A DNA stretch of 64,000 nucleotides from Eledone cirrhosa. Taxonomy: Eukaryota. The stretch's first letter is position 1. The number at the start of each line of letters is the position of its first letter. This document shows positions 46,715-60,411 of the stretch, piece by piece. A program made the position numbers and the translations under genes. Location: NCBI GenBank assembly GCA_964016885.1, contig OZ024748.1:50716001-50780000 (forward strand), written 5' to 3'. The notes beneath the pieces are model-generated. The model was not told the DNA's origin, ran no database searches, and saw only the letters and a list, made by a program, of their open reading frames with translations.

Positions 46715-47954
46715 ATACACGAGTGTATATATGATTTTTATATATAATGTAATACCCATTTTTCTTCTTTCTCTCTCATATATTTGCCCTTTCTGTCCAT
46801 ATTTATATACATATGTGTGTGTATGTGTGTGGGTGTGTATGTGTGTATGTATGCATGTATGTGTGTGTGTATGTATGTGTGTCTATGTGTGTGAATGCAT
46901 ACATTTACAGAAACATATGCACCTGTACATTTATCGATTGACACCCATATATTCATAAGTACTGGGGAAGAAGCCATTGAATCTCATAGCATCATGTGGC
47001 AGCAAGTTCTAGCTACCACTAACTCCTCCGTCAGTTATGATAATAGCGCCTGGATTTTTCCAATTACACTATCCTGACAAATTATAACCTTCCAGCGCAT
47101 ATTTCCATCTTCCTAATCTTGTTAATGCTATTACATGCACTTGGTGTGTAAAAGGCCATGGTGATACTATCACACAACGACATAGTGCTGTTTTTACAGT
47201 TGCCAATAGTTAGTTCATGGCTCAATGTGGACTGAATCTGAATTATCCTTGTAGATATTTCTAAGGCACCTAACGTTGGCATCCAGTCATTTCGAATTTC
47301 AAATCAGAATTCCTAAATCTGAACATTCATTTACAAATGCGATGTTGTGCGATTTTGTGTCGTAGCCATTAGCAAGATGAATACCGACTACATTCACCTT
47401 AAGTTCATGATGAATCTATAACCCCATGAGTTGCGGTAAATGAGGAACCACGCACGGGATCGTTCGACATCCGAAAAATAGCGATAAACTTCCCCTTCAC
47501 TTATTCAATAAGCCCTTGAGAGTGCAAGGGTGTATTAGACAATATAGTCCAAGATAACAGAAAAGCAACGGGACTGTTCCTGTTAGAATGTCTCTGATCA
47601 TAAGTACAATTAACCAGAGCTGACTGTTGGCTATACTACAACATAAAAGCTTAATAGTCATTTTCAAATGAAACTATTTTATTAACTCCTCAAATCCCCA
47701 AATGATAAATTATAAAATACCTTGTTATTTATCTTTTTAAATTCATAGAGACAATATCAATATGAAGGCATAGTTCCTACAACATCCATCCCCTTCCTGA
47801 CGTAAGATGTAATTATTACCTGTCCGACTCCACAACTTAAATTTACCGACTGGGCGGCTCAATAAACTGTAATGGCAATCCATTATCTAAACGTATTTCT
47901 CTGAAGATAGAAACAGATTAATACATTCATTCGAATTCCTGTATATATATATAT

Positions 47955-48262
47955 ATGGTGGCTGCCAACTCGTTTTCGAGTACGGCCACTACTTTATATC
48001 CATGTAGGAGAACCCCTACCGATGCGCTGAACAAGTGTGACTTTTTAGTCCAGCCAGCGACTTGAAAACTCTGGTACAAACACTACACTTGTGACAATTA
48101 TTGACACATAGTGCTGGGCCCATGGTACCATGTGACAAGGGCAGAGAGATCTCCAGATATAAAGCAATGCCTGTGCCGTGAAGCTTTTATAGTGAGCAAA
48201 GGCACTGCACAAAGCCAGTCCCACTCCCTTAACCAAGATGATATTTACAAAAAATAAGAACA
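47955..48262 (-). mobile_element. Family R1 RTE-derived element, 5'-truncated
   Basis: Matches 17287-17600. Confidence 0.85.
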
Positions 48263-49604
48263 ATATATATATATATATCCGCACACACACACATATACAT
48301 GTATATACTTACATACATACACACACGCATATATATTTATATATATATATATACACACGTTGTGTTTGATCATATTTTGTTCTACATATATTTCTTCCAC
48401 CAGTATTCCCTTATATTTACCTTCTCTATGTTCTTTCTCTCTCTCTCCAAATCTCTCTCGTTCTTACTCTCTCACTCTCTCTCTACCACACTCTCTCACT
48501 GTTACTCTCTCACTCTCTGTCTCCCAATCTCTCTCTCTTCCACTCGGTCTTCCTCTCACTCTCTCTCTCTCCTACTCTCTCTCTCCTTCTCTCCCACCTC
48601 TCTATTTCAAATTCCCTCCTATTGCCTCCCCAATCTTTCATTCTTAACTCTTAATATTTTGATTAATTTCCTTCTATTATTTCTTGCTCTTGCAATACTT
48701 TTCATTATTCTCCAAAACATTTCATTTTCGCCTTAATTTTTTCCTCTTTTTAAAATTAACCGTGTTTTCCACTGTTTTATTATTTAAAATTTAACTCTTA
48801 AATTCATAATTTATTATTTACTTTATATTTAGTTTACGTTTCATCCTTCTCTGTCTTTTATCTTGTTTTCCTTCTTGCGGTTTTAAAAGCATTCGTCACT
48901 CTTTTACCGTTTCCGTTTGCTGTCTCTCTTTGTCTACCTCGTCTTGTTTCTTCAATCCCACCCCTTATATATAATGTAATACCCATTTTTCTTCTTTCTC
49001 TCTCATATCTTTGCCCTTTCTGTCCATTATTTATTTTCCTTTTCTTCAGGTTCTAACTTTTTTTATCTTGTTTTGTTTCTGTTACTTTGCACCTTTTTTA
49101 GCATCCTTTTCAGTCTGTCATTTTAAATTGTTAAATTTCTCCTCTCCTAATCTAGCATTAAGATCTTTCTACTGTCTTCTTTTTCTGTTCCCCGCTTCAT
49201 ACTGGCCTACTATCCTTTCTTTTTGTCATTTAATATTGTCTGTTGTCTCATTTTCTGTCAGCCATTTTCCAGCGTCTACTGTTTGCGTTTCTGACGGCCA
49301 TTTTCCATTATTTCTGTCTCTGCTTCTTACTGCTAAACCACAGTATCTATAACTGCCTACCTTCACTGTGTTCTTTGAAATCATTATTGTGTCCATAAAC
49401 AGACCCTGTCAAATTACAATAAACTACATATGACAAAGTGTGTTGGGTGGGAGATATAGAGAATGATAGAGATATATAGATTGGGATGTCAAACACGGCA
49501 AATCTTAAGTGTCAACTTTTCTATTAAAGCATTGACGTCTTGCCTTTTCCACATATTACCGAACTCCCTACCATCAAATTGACTTATCTATTCTACCTCC
49601 AAAT

Positions 49605-49815
49605 ATTTTTACTTTAGGCACAATGCCAACAAGTTTGGGGGAAGGGGGGCAGAGAAAAGTCGATTAAATCGACCCCAGTATGTGACTGGTAATTCATTTT
49701 ATCGACCCTTTAATGATGAAAGGCGAAACAAACCCCGGTGAGATTTGAACCCAGACCGTAAAAGGTCGTAAAGCATATTGTCCGACGCGCTGCTGATCCT
49801 GTCAATCCGCCGCAA
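49605..49815 (-). mobile_element. Diverged SINE family 1 copy
   Basis: ttatcgaccc..gatgaaaggc..atttgaaccc..aatccgccgc. Confidence 0.65.
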
Positions 49816-50059
49816 ATAATAAACTGCCATTCCCAATCTTTGAAACAATGTGTGTAATTTCATATTATGAAGATTATAATACAAAAGGTAACATTTGATC
49901 AGTTTTCATTAGCAATGAATACGTGTAGCAGTTCATAAAATATCCCACATGTGCTTTTCAAGGTCCCTGACATTAAATACTGAGAATTAAAATAGATAAA
50001 ATATCTACAGAAATGTAACAACGAAAGATTAAAACAACAAAATATAATGCATATATATT

Positions 50060-50078
50060 TATGTATGTATGTATATGG

Positions 50079-50109
<31 letters not shown>

Positions 50110-50111
50110 TG

Positions 50112-50142
<31 letters not shown>

Positions 50143-50194
50143 GTATGTATGTATGTATGTATGTATGTATGTATGTATGTATGTATGTATATGG

Positions 50195-50225
<31 letters not shown>

Positions 50226-50249
50226 TGTATGTATGTATGTATGTATATG

Positions 50250-50281
<32 letters not shown>

Positions 50282-50330
50282 TGTATGTATGTATGTATGT
50301 ATGTATGTATGTATGTATGTATGTATATGG

Positions 50331-50361
<31 letters not shown>

Positions 50362-50466
50362 TGTATGTATGTATGTATGTATGTATGTATGTATATGGAT
50401 ATGTATGTACGTATGTATGTATGTATATATGTATGTATGTATGTATGTATATATGTATGTATGTAT
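50060..50466. repeat. (ATGT)n microsatellite
   Basis: Directly visible. Confidence 0.95.
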
Positions 50467-50960
50467 GCATTGGAGAAAAGCAGTGGCTAGTGGCAAGAGT
50501 CTATTTGAGGAAACAAGAAGAAGGCACGCGACACTAAAAAGAGATGTCCGGAGAGGAATCCATGTTGGCCTTCCCGAAGGCACTGACAGACGGCCTGACC
50601 TGACATGTGAGACCTGTAATAGCGTTTGTCTGAACATGGCAGGTCTAAAGAGTCACCTGAGAGTGCACAAGAACAGGGAAGTAGGCACCTGTGGAGCTAT
50701 AAGTGTTCATCAGACGACGACATGTAATGTTTGTGGAAGGGTATGCAGGTCGAGTAGTGATCTCACACGGCACCTCGGGTCACATGATGCCATGGGCCCA
50801 ACACTAGGTGTCAATAATTGTCACAAGTGTAGTGTTTATACCAGAGTTTTCAAGTCGCTGGCTGGACTAAAAAGCCACACTTATTCAGCGCATCGGTAGG
50901 GGTTCTCCTACATGGATATAAAGTAGTGGCCGTACTCGAAAACGAGTTTGCAGCCCCCAT
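50467..50960 (+). mobile_element. 3' end of an RTE-clade LINE with three C2H2-like zinc fingers
   Basis: HWRKAVASGKSLFEETRRRHATLKR matches the RTE C-terminal WR..G...FE..R..KR pattern. It is followed by CETC..GLKSHLRVH, CNVC..DLTRHLGSH and a degenerate [14 protein letters not shown]; stop at 50899; ctcg-aaaa-cgag 3' stem-loop; (ATGT)n tail. Confidence 0.8.
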
Positions 50961-51094
50961 TTATGTATGTATGTATGTATGTATGTATGTATGTATGTAT
51001 GTATGTATGTATGTATGTATGTATGTATGGATGGATGGATGCATGCATGTATGTATGTGTGTATGTATATATATATATTTAAATATACATAAAA

Positions 51095-51166
<72 letters not shown>

Positions 51167-51170
<4 letters not shown>

Positions 51171-51343
51171 ATGTTAGACCCCGACGGCAGAGCTCAAGCT
51201 GTTTCGACGGCTATTTATGGACTATTTGAGCTCTGCCGTGGGGGTCTAACATTTTCCTATTACCCACTCTACTACCCTAAGTATTGAGTACTCTGGGCGT
51301 TATGGTCTTATGGTCCATCTGGTTCCTTACCACACCTCCTTCG

Positions 51344-51345
<2 letters not shown>
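51167..51345 (+). mobile_element. Family A fold-back mini-copy
   Basis: gaaaatgttagaccccgacggcagagctcaa and ttgagctctgccgtgggggtctaacattttc, plus the conserved tail; (TA)n flanks. Confidence 0.9.
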
Positions 51346-51387
<42 letters not shown>

Positions 51388-51552
51388 TTAGGTTTGTTGG
51401 TTTACCACTGAATAGAACTGGTCATTCCGTATGGTCAACCTCGATGTAAAATTATGGAAAGCACTCAACGTAATGCAACTCACCCGTCTTCGTTTGTGTA
51501 GTTGGTGGTGCGAGTACGGAGTTAATTATTATAAAATAACAGGAAGCTGGAC

Positions 51553-51641
51553 TGGTGTACTTCCTTGAAAGGTTTATTATACTATAATCCTTTCAATGAC
51601 CGGGTTCAGTATGAATCCGGTGACATCATCAGATAACACCA
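51553..51641 (-). ncRNA. Hammerhead-like motif in a ~360-bp (TA)n insert (51385-51747)
   Basis: The minus strand reads CTGATGA-..accggattca-tac-tgaacccggt..-GAAAGG-attatagtataataaa-CCTT. Confidence 0.6.
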
Positions 51642-51742
51642 TCAGGTATTTGAAATATAAGAAAGGAATAGACAAAATCCATGGGGCTGAAAATCAGAGA
51701 CATGAGGGCGACCGAACATTCAGCATCTTCTACCCCAGTCGG

Positions 51743-51821
<79 letters not shown>

Positions 51822-54114
51822 AGCATGTAGATAAGAGCTGATGTGCCCAGATACGTATTGACTCATGAAGTAATACGTATATTTGACATTCACATTGATA
51901 ACTTTTAGCATAAAGCATGAAGGATAATTTTTTCATAATTTTCTTCCTACTCTCTGTCCTTAAAAACATTCAAATGTATTTGTAGAAAATTTGTAGAACA
52001 ATCAATATGCAGTGTTTTTTTCGTCTAAATATGAATACGCTAAGTCTAAGAGAATGTATTTATTCGTATCTCAGTAGATAATATCTACGCAAGATTTTAT
52101 TTTATATCTTCTGAAATCTGTAAATGTTATTGTAAAAGACTGTCTTCATGCAATTCAGAGAATTCTGAAACTGCTAAATGTGTACTTTATTTAAAATTTT
52201 CCTCTTTTATCCAAACCACATGGGATAATGGCGTCGTTATAAACTGTAATTTATAATTTTATGCTTTCAAGTACTAAAAAAGAATAAAATAAAAAAAGCA
52301 CATTTATTTATTTATTTCATTTTATAGCAAAGGTGAGTTGTTGAATTGCGTAAGGCCATTTCAACGAGGAAGGACAATTATACATTTGCTCCAAGGAATG
52401 AATTGATAAATTGATAAAAGCAGACGACGCCAATTTTTAGTTGTTTTCTTTTTCTTTGTTTTCATTTTACAACTTGATATTTGAAATATTTGTATAAATG
52501 TAGATTTCTTTTTTATTTTAAAGAATTTTCTAGATTATTTTTTATATTTCGTTTTATTTCGTTTTCTTGCCGTTTTCTAGCATTTGTTTGACATTGTGTT
52601 TATTTAGAATACTCCCATTCTAGGTTTATCTAATTATAATATTTCTTTCCCTTGTTAATACCCTGGGATTATTAACGACGCGTTTGTTTTTTGGCCTATT
52701 TCTCTTCTCTTGCTTGTTAAAATCTCGTTTAAAAGCCACAGAAGAAGAAGAAGAAGAAGAAGAAGACATCGATCGTTTGCTTTATCGTCTGCATTGTAGC
52801 TTTCATCTTTCTATTTCAATTTATCTAATTTTAGTACGGGTGTATTTTATTTATTTGTTTGTATATTAAGAAAGCCATTTGTCTCCCTTTGGTGCTAAGG
52901 AGGATTTTTGATGTGTTTGTGGGAGGGGGAGATGAACGTAGAAGTGCATCATGTATTTCCATCTTTTATATTCGACGGGAACGACATTGGTCTCACAGGT
53001 GGAGTGGGATCAAAAGTTATCATAATTAGTGTAGTTTTAAATTGATGAAATTCATACGAGAGTCGAAACAAAGAAAGAATAAAATAAGAGCGTTATCCCT
53101 GCGGGAAGAAATCCAGCGAGAAGTGGATGGAAATGTAAAACAAACTCCATCTCAGCAAATCCGAAAATATCTTCAGGGAAAAAAATAAAATATAATAAAT
53201 ATTTTAATTTATAAACAAGGGCTTTGTGTTTTATTTAAAGTTATGTTTTAAATATTTCTTCATGTTTAATGCCATTAATATTTGTTATTTGTTTTATCAT
53301 TAAACGTTTTGGCTTTGCTAGTTTTTTTGTATTTTTTTTTTTGTATTACGATGTTTGCAAATCTATTTCAGTAAGTTAATTTCATGGAGACGGATTTAGA
53401 TGTATCAACTCCAAAGAACTTGATAAATAAAATAATATGACATATAACGACTTGTACGTTTTTCATATATTAATTTCTTTTCCCTAGTCTGACGATATTG
53501 TGCTGAAGATATTCTTATTCTTCTCCGGTATTAGCAAGACAGATGTACCGTGATAACTGGACGATATCAGCATGGGAAAAGTTTAATGTAAAATGTAATT
53601 TATTAGTATATGGAAGATGTTGTTAATGTCGTTGAGCTGCATGTCAGCACTATTGACTGCATTATCAAAGGCATTCCAGTCACGACCAAGGCAGCTATGT
53701 CGACATTAGATACGCAATCTCAAGCAGGGTGCAGTGGGGGCTTGCGACTACTTAAAAGCAACAGATGGGCCGCGGATTAACAGAATCATTAGAGTATTTA
53801 GTTACGTCTTAAGTTCAAATTCTGTTTAGATCAACTTTTCCTTTCGTAAACCCAGGATGATGTAAATTAAAGTATCGATCTCGTACTGGGTGCGATTTAA
53901 TCGATTATATTCTCGTCGAAGTATGTTTAGCCTTGCATCAATTTTAGCTATTGTTATTTGAAGGTAAATCGGCAGAATTGGTGGAGGGTTCTAGTTGTGT
54001 CACATTCAATTTACCTAGACTACCTAACAGTTGTCTTGTTTTCACTCTTCATTTTCGATATTTCTGTCTTTACTTGGACCTTTTCTGTTTCTCCTTTGTG
54101 ATCCTGTCTCTATT

Positions 54115-54155
54115 GTGTACTCCTGAAGAAGGGCTTAAGTCCGACACGTCCAACT
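54115..54155 (+). ncRNA. Penelope-type minimal hammerhead, one core mutation
   Basis: CTGAAGA-agggc-ttaa-gtcc-GAcAC-GTC at 54123-54150. Confidence 0.6.
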
Positions 54156-54269
54156 TTCTATACCCTTTCCAATATAAAGCTTCTTGTCTCATTATCCTGT
54201 GAGTGTGCAGGTGAAGCTCCCAAGTAACAAGGCTTAACACATAATAAATGAATAGACACATACACACAC

Positions 54270-54324
<55 letters not shown>

Positions 54325-57300
54325 TTTTTTTAAACAACAACAGAAAGCGGACTGGAAAACACTATACGTATGTCGATAGCCCACCCTTTTCATCCGACCA
54401 TGATGCAAGACTTAAACGATATCATCAGGTGTTCATTGCAGAATTAGTTCTATAAGACAACAGAATTACGTCGAACACAAACAGAGAATAGAAAATAGAG
54501 GACAGATTCGTTTCGAGGACAGCCTGCCAATTCTGTGTCATACATACATATGGATGTATATAAGATAATCTATTTTCTTCTAGAAAATACTTTTAGTAGG
54601 AAATAATTACAGTCTTTCGATCTGCTTAAACTGAAATAGTGATACTATAGCTGTGACTATGATTGTGTGAAATATTAATTTTTAATTTAGGAACAAGGCC
54701 AGCACAGATAGAAGAAGCGTAAATCTGATTATAAGAACCCAAATATTTAACTGGGACTGTCTTTATTGCCCATGAAATGATAAAAGGAAACGTTTACCTA
54801 GGTGGAATTTGAACTCGGAACGTAAAGATGCAGAACAGATGCCATAATTGAATTCTATCCGACGCTATACCAATTCTGCATATCCACTACCTTACATAAT
54901 GTGTGAAAATATTAAATAGAGATGACTTCAACATTAGTTTCCAGTGTTGCGATGGATTAAACCAGAAGTAATTAAAATACTGCTTGAAAAATCTAATCAC
55001 TATTGGTCTAGTATGTCGACAATATCTCTGTTAGTTTCCTGAAGGTGTATAAGCAGTTGAATTCGTCCAGTGACCTGAGATCGATGAATCTGTCCTCTCA
55101 ACTCTACACATATTTGCCTGCGGATGAACGTAAATGACAATTCAATCCAGCGATACTGGACAAACAAGAAGGCGCAACGTTAGTAGCTCATATTGTTGAC
55201 ATGTATTGTTTTCAAAGATACTGGAGCGTGTAATACATAACAGTCATCACGAGATATGCCTCCCCACGGTAAGAAATAACAGATTGCTAACATGTCTTCG
55301 GGTAATGGGAAAATCATGTGAAACATGATTTCCATTCATTACAAGCCGGTGCATTCACTGACTCAAGTGGAGCAGGTAGACTATATTCATTTTCTTAAAT
55401 TCTTCCTAAATAGTTTGACACAGATAATTAATCGTAAACCTCTTTAATGCGATGTTATAAGGTTTGCGAAATTCCATAAACGCTGCTATAAAACGTTTTG
55501 AACAAAATAGATAGCTTAATATTGCTATTGCAATTGTTTACTGTGATTCACAAGTACGATATCTGGCGTTTCTCGAGGAAATAGATATAATAAACAGCAT
55601 TCCTAAATTAACCTAATGTATCCATTATCTAGTAATTTTCGGAAAAATCCCAAATCATCAATGACCTACACACACGCACATATTTGATAGGCTCTCTATT
55701 TTTTTCTGCTTAGATGATCTTAACGCTTTACGATATACCTAATTACTTTATACACACACACACACTCACTCATATATACACACATATAATATGTATGTAT
55801 GTGCTATATATGTATGTATGTATATATTATGTGTGTGTTTGTATGTATTTACATATGTGTGTATGTGTGTATCTATTGTTTATTATATGATAGCATTCAC
55901 TTATTACACACGTACACACATACACGTTATTGTTAAGTTAAAAGAGGAAAGAAGCATGATAAAGGTTTCGTACTATAAAAGTAAGTTTAATACTTTTTTT
56001 TAATGATCAAATATAACCATTATTATTCATTCATAAGAGAGATGAGGTGTTTCGGTATCACTGACATAATCTTGCCAAGAAGTGACATTTTGAGGTTATA
56101 TTTCGAAATTACTACACTTTCCGAAACATATTTACTTTAATTCTTGTTTAGAGTTTCACCTGGTTAAAAGCAAGCATAACGTTATAATGTAACACACATT
56201 TTCGAGTATACATGCATGGACCCCTACCTCCTAATGGAAGGCGCCGACATACGGCGTTTCTGGGCATTTTTTAAACCTGGCGGAGCACAGCTCGTCTCTA
56301 AATCTGAATATAGCAGATTTCTTCTAGAGAAGGAAAGAGAGAAAGAGAATGGAAGTGAGAAAAAGATATAGAGGAAGAGCCGACCCCAGTGGTAATTTTT
56401 TTATCGACCTTGAATGGATGAAAGGCGGAGTTGACCACGCAGGGTTTAGAACTTAGAGGGTAGTGAGCCGAAACATATATAGCAAATCATTCTGTCCCAT
56501 TTTCTATTATGTATGCCAATTCACCGCCTTCATTTTCAAATAAACCTATTACATTATTACATAAAATAATTTTAAACCTATATTTTAAAACATTGAATTA
56601 CAGATAAACGCATATAATTTACTTCTATTTCATATTATGAAGAACAATAGATTCTTAACAGTTTTTTTTTATTCCATAGGGCTTCCCGAAACTTATATTC
56701 TATGGGCAAACTAGTCAAGTGGCAGAAGGAGCCGACATGTGGTCGCTTGACATGCTAGGAATAACAGCTTAATGACATACATATCACACGTTATAACGTA
56801 AAAAAAAAAAAAGCCGAAATAATATATATGAGATGGTAACGAGTTGTTTTTTTTTTAATCATATGTCTCCTAGGTTGACCCTTTGTAAAGACAGAAAAAA
56901 AACAACATTTTGCCTGGTTCCACATATTTGTAATGTTTATGATATTTTAGATGTTATATTGATTGTTTTTTCGCATATTTTGTTTCAGTTTTGATTGGGT
57001 TTTTCTATGTAGGTTTCTAAAGAAACAAGAAATATATGAGCTATCAAGTGGGAGGAGTATCTAGACAATCCATTCCTTCTACAATGCTATAAAGACAATA
57101 TAATATTTGTTTTGAAGTATATAAAGGTATAACTGCAAACGTCTATGCATTAATGTATACATTTATCTCAGCCAAATGTATTGATATAATAAATGTATGA
57201 TAGAAGAGGAAACGAGTGTACGAGAAAAAATGTGACTTCTAGCATACACATCTTTCAAGTGTGTGAATAAATGTATGAAGAGGCACAGCAAATATTTCAT

Positions 57301-57564
57301 ATCAACCTATATTATATTTTCCTTCAATATTTGTATACACTTCTGGTGATTTCCGGTAACGGAAAACACGTGACCATTACAAATTACTTCCAATTGGATT
57401 ATTCACATTAGCGCATTTATTTAGATCCCCCAACTAGAATCTAGCACATATTTACAAATCAGATATATATATATACATGAAGTATATATGCTCATATTAT
57501 TGGAAGCATATATGTATATGTACTATGTGAATATATAATTTCTCAATATATATATGCACACTTC

Positions 57565-57632
<68 letters not shown>

Positions 57633-58033
57633 CTTAGGATGGCAATGTATATCTGTACGCATGTCTGCACTGGTAGGTAGAAGATTTGAAAGGAAATTCG
57701 GTAAACTAAGCAAGTTGCAATAGCTGGAGGTTATGTGAAAAATCTGCTCAATGGGCTGACATAAAACAAATAAATTAGTTCTTGTAGCATTGCTTAGAAT
57801 ATAAAAATTGCAATGTTGTGGTGCACTGATTAAAAGTCTTGCCGTTAATGTTTTACAGATATTATACGTTTATTTTGCTTTATGAAGAAGGAAAAAAAAA
57901 CATAACATAGTTTTTAGGTCAGTGTATTAAACCGACTGAGCTGGTTTCTTTAAATATTCAGTTGATAGACAATGTAGGTAGCAAACATTTCGTTTCTATT
58001 CAACCGTATATTTTTACAGCCTAACAACTTCAT

Positions 58034-58079
<46 letters not shown>

Positions 58080-58136
58080 TTATATATATATATATATTTA
58101 TATATATTTATATATATATATATATTTATATATATT

Positions 58137-58214
<78 letters not shown>

Positions 58215-58270
58215 AATACATATATACGTGTGTGTGGCTGCGTGTGTGTATTATATATATACGTATATAT

Positions 58271-58319
<49 letters not shown>

Positions 58320-58743
58320 TGTATGAATGTATTATTGCCGAATGAATAAGGCAATGAACATTATACGTTGTTGGATTTGTGTTTATGATTATATTTTCCT
58401 GGAACCTCATTGATAAAGAGGCACTGAGGGAATCTTCATGCGCTAGTTCAACCTGTTATATATTGCTGCAACATATTCTCAACACACATTTTCGTACGTA
58501 TTCGAATGGGAAGGAAGCCTTAGACAATATATTCCATGATATACAAAATGATAAGATTATCATGGCTGGCTGGAACTTCTTTTTACTGAGGTCTACCCTA
58601 GGTTTACCAATACTGTACCATGAATCACGTTTTCTCTCTCTCTTTACATATATATATATGGATATATTTACATAGAGAGATAGCAGGAGAGTGAGAGAGA
58701 GAGAGAAAGAGAGAGAAATACATACACATATATACAGACACAA

Positions 58744-58780
<37 letters not shown>

Positions 58781-58806
58781 CACAGTATATACATATATAT
58801 ATATAT

Positions 58807-59095
58807 ATGGTGGCTGCCAACTCATTTTCGAGTACGGCCACTACTTTATATCCATGTAGGAGAACCCCTACCGATACTGAACGAGTGTGACTTTTTAGTC
58901 CAGCCAGTGACTTTAAAACTCTGGTACACTTGTGACAATTATTGACACATAGTGCTGGGCCCATGGTACCATGTGACGGCAAGTGCAGAGAGATCTCCAG
59001 ATATAAAGCAATGCCTGTGCCGTGAAGCTTTTATAGTGAGCAAAGGCACTGCACAAAGCCAGTCCCACTCTCTTAACCAAGATGATATTTACTAA
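58807..59095 (-). mobile_element. Family R1 RTE-derived element, 5'-truncated
   Basis: Matches 17287-17590; (TA)n flanks. Confidence 0.85.
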
Positions 59096-59096
59096 A

Positions 59097-59152
<56 letters not shown>

Positions 59153-59613
59153 CAACGTCAGTACTGTAGTAAATAATAAATAAAAAATAAATATTTTTTA
59201 ATTGAATATGAATTAAATAAATAGCAAAATAAGATATTCGCACATCAAAAATGTAGTTTTCCCCTGTTCATGCATGTCTATATATTAATGTATATATACA
59301 TACGAAAACACTCACTAATCTTCTATATACATACATACATGAGATTGCGTCTATATCTGTGTGTCTAGTCTATTCGTCTAATAGTGAAAGTGAATATTGT
59401 ATTTAAATGGCAGAAATTGTAAAATTAAATACGTTGGATCGAGATCGTGTGATTAACATGTAAAATGTATAGTTTACTATTTCACATATTTATTTCTATA
59501 CATTAATATAGGTGTTACGTTACAGAAAATTCATCCATATACATTTAACCATCGTTTCTCTCTAAACTCAACCATTCTCTAACTGATGATTAGTCATAAA
59601 TGTTGTATGTAAA

Positions 59614-59798
59614 ATAATTGTTTCTGCTTTTGGCACAAGGCCAGCAATTATACCACTACGTTACGGGTACTTTATTTTATCGACCCCGTAAGGATAAAAG
59701 GCAAAGCTAACCTCGGCGGGTTTGAACTCAGGCCCCAAAGAGACGTAACTCTATGATGTAAAGCATGGTGTCCGATCCTCTACCGATACTGCCAATCC
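59614..59798 (-). mobile_element. SINE family 1 copy
   Basis: Reverse complement of the family consensus. Confidence 0.8.
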
Positions 59799-59844
59799 AA
59801 TAATAGATTAAAACTTGCATTTTATTTCAGACTTTACCCTAGGC

Positions 59845-60013
59845 CAGGGTTTCCCAAACTTTCTCAAACCAGGAATCAGTTTTGGTTTAGAGACTTTCGG
59901 AAGAACCCTCCAGTCTAATACTGTTATATGGTCGTAATATAAATATTCCACTCTACCTTTTTTTTCACGGGGCCCCAGACATTCACTTGCGAAAACCACT
60001 TTGGGAACCACTG
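59845..60013. mobile_element. hAT (Charlie-like) MITE, 169 bp
   Basis: TIRs CAGGGTTTCCCAAACT and reverse complement CAGTGGTTCCCAAAGT; exact 8-bp TSD CCCTAGGC at 59837-59844 and 60014-60021. Confidence 0.88.
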
Positions 60014-60411
60014 CCCTAGGCTCCTCAACAAACTTATAGTAAATATGGCCTACAATTTTTATAAATCTTATTTGTTTAAAACTAGATAGCAGTAGACAAT
60101 ATGCTTAAATATAACTAGGACAAAATCAAATGATAAAACGGAAAAGTTTCAACATTTGTACAAGGGCATCACGTGATCCATAGTAAAATTCACACTGGAA
60201 AACGTTCAGCGGTGCTCACTTTTCCTGATCCATTAGGTACGTGCATACTTTGATTGGTTAACCCACCCGAATTAGAACCTCTTTCGAAACGTTCGTGGTC
60301 ATGTGATTAAGTTAAAGAACTGCTAATGTTTGGTTTAAACAGCTTAACAGTTATGAAGGTTAGAATTAAGTTAAAAAGACTCTTGGATTTACACTCATAA
60401 TTATACACACC

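Noticed and set aside
50069-50899. 276-aa host C2H2 zinc-finger gene
   Set aside because: The N-terminal half is (ATGT)n; the rest is an RTE 3' end with a retro-tail whose terminal part recurs in four other copies.
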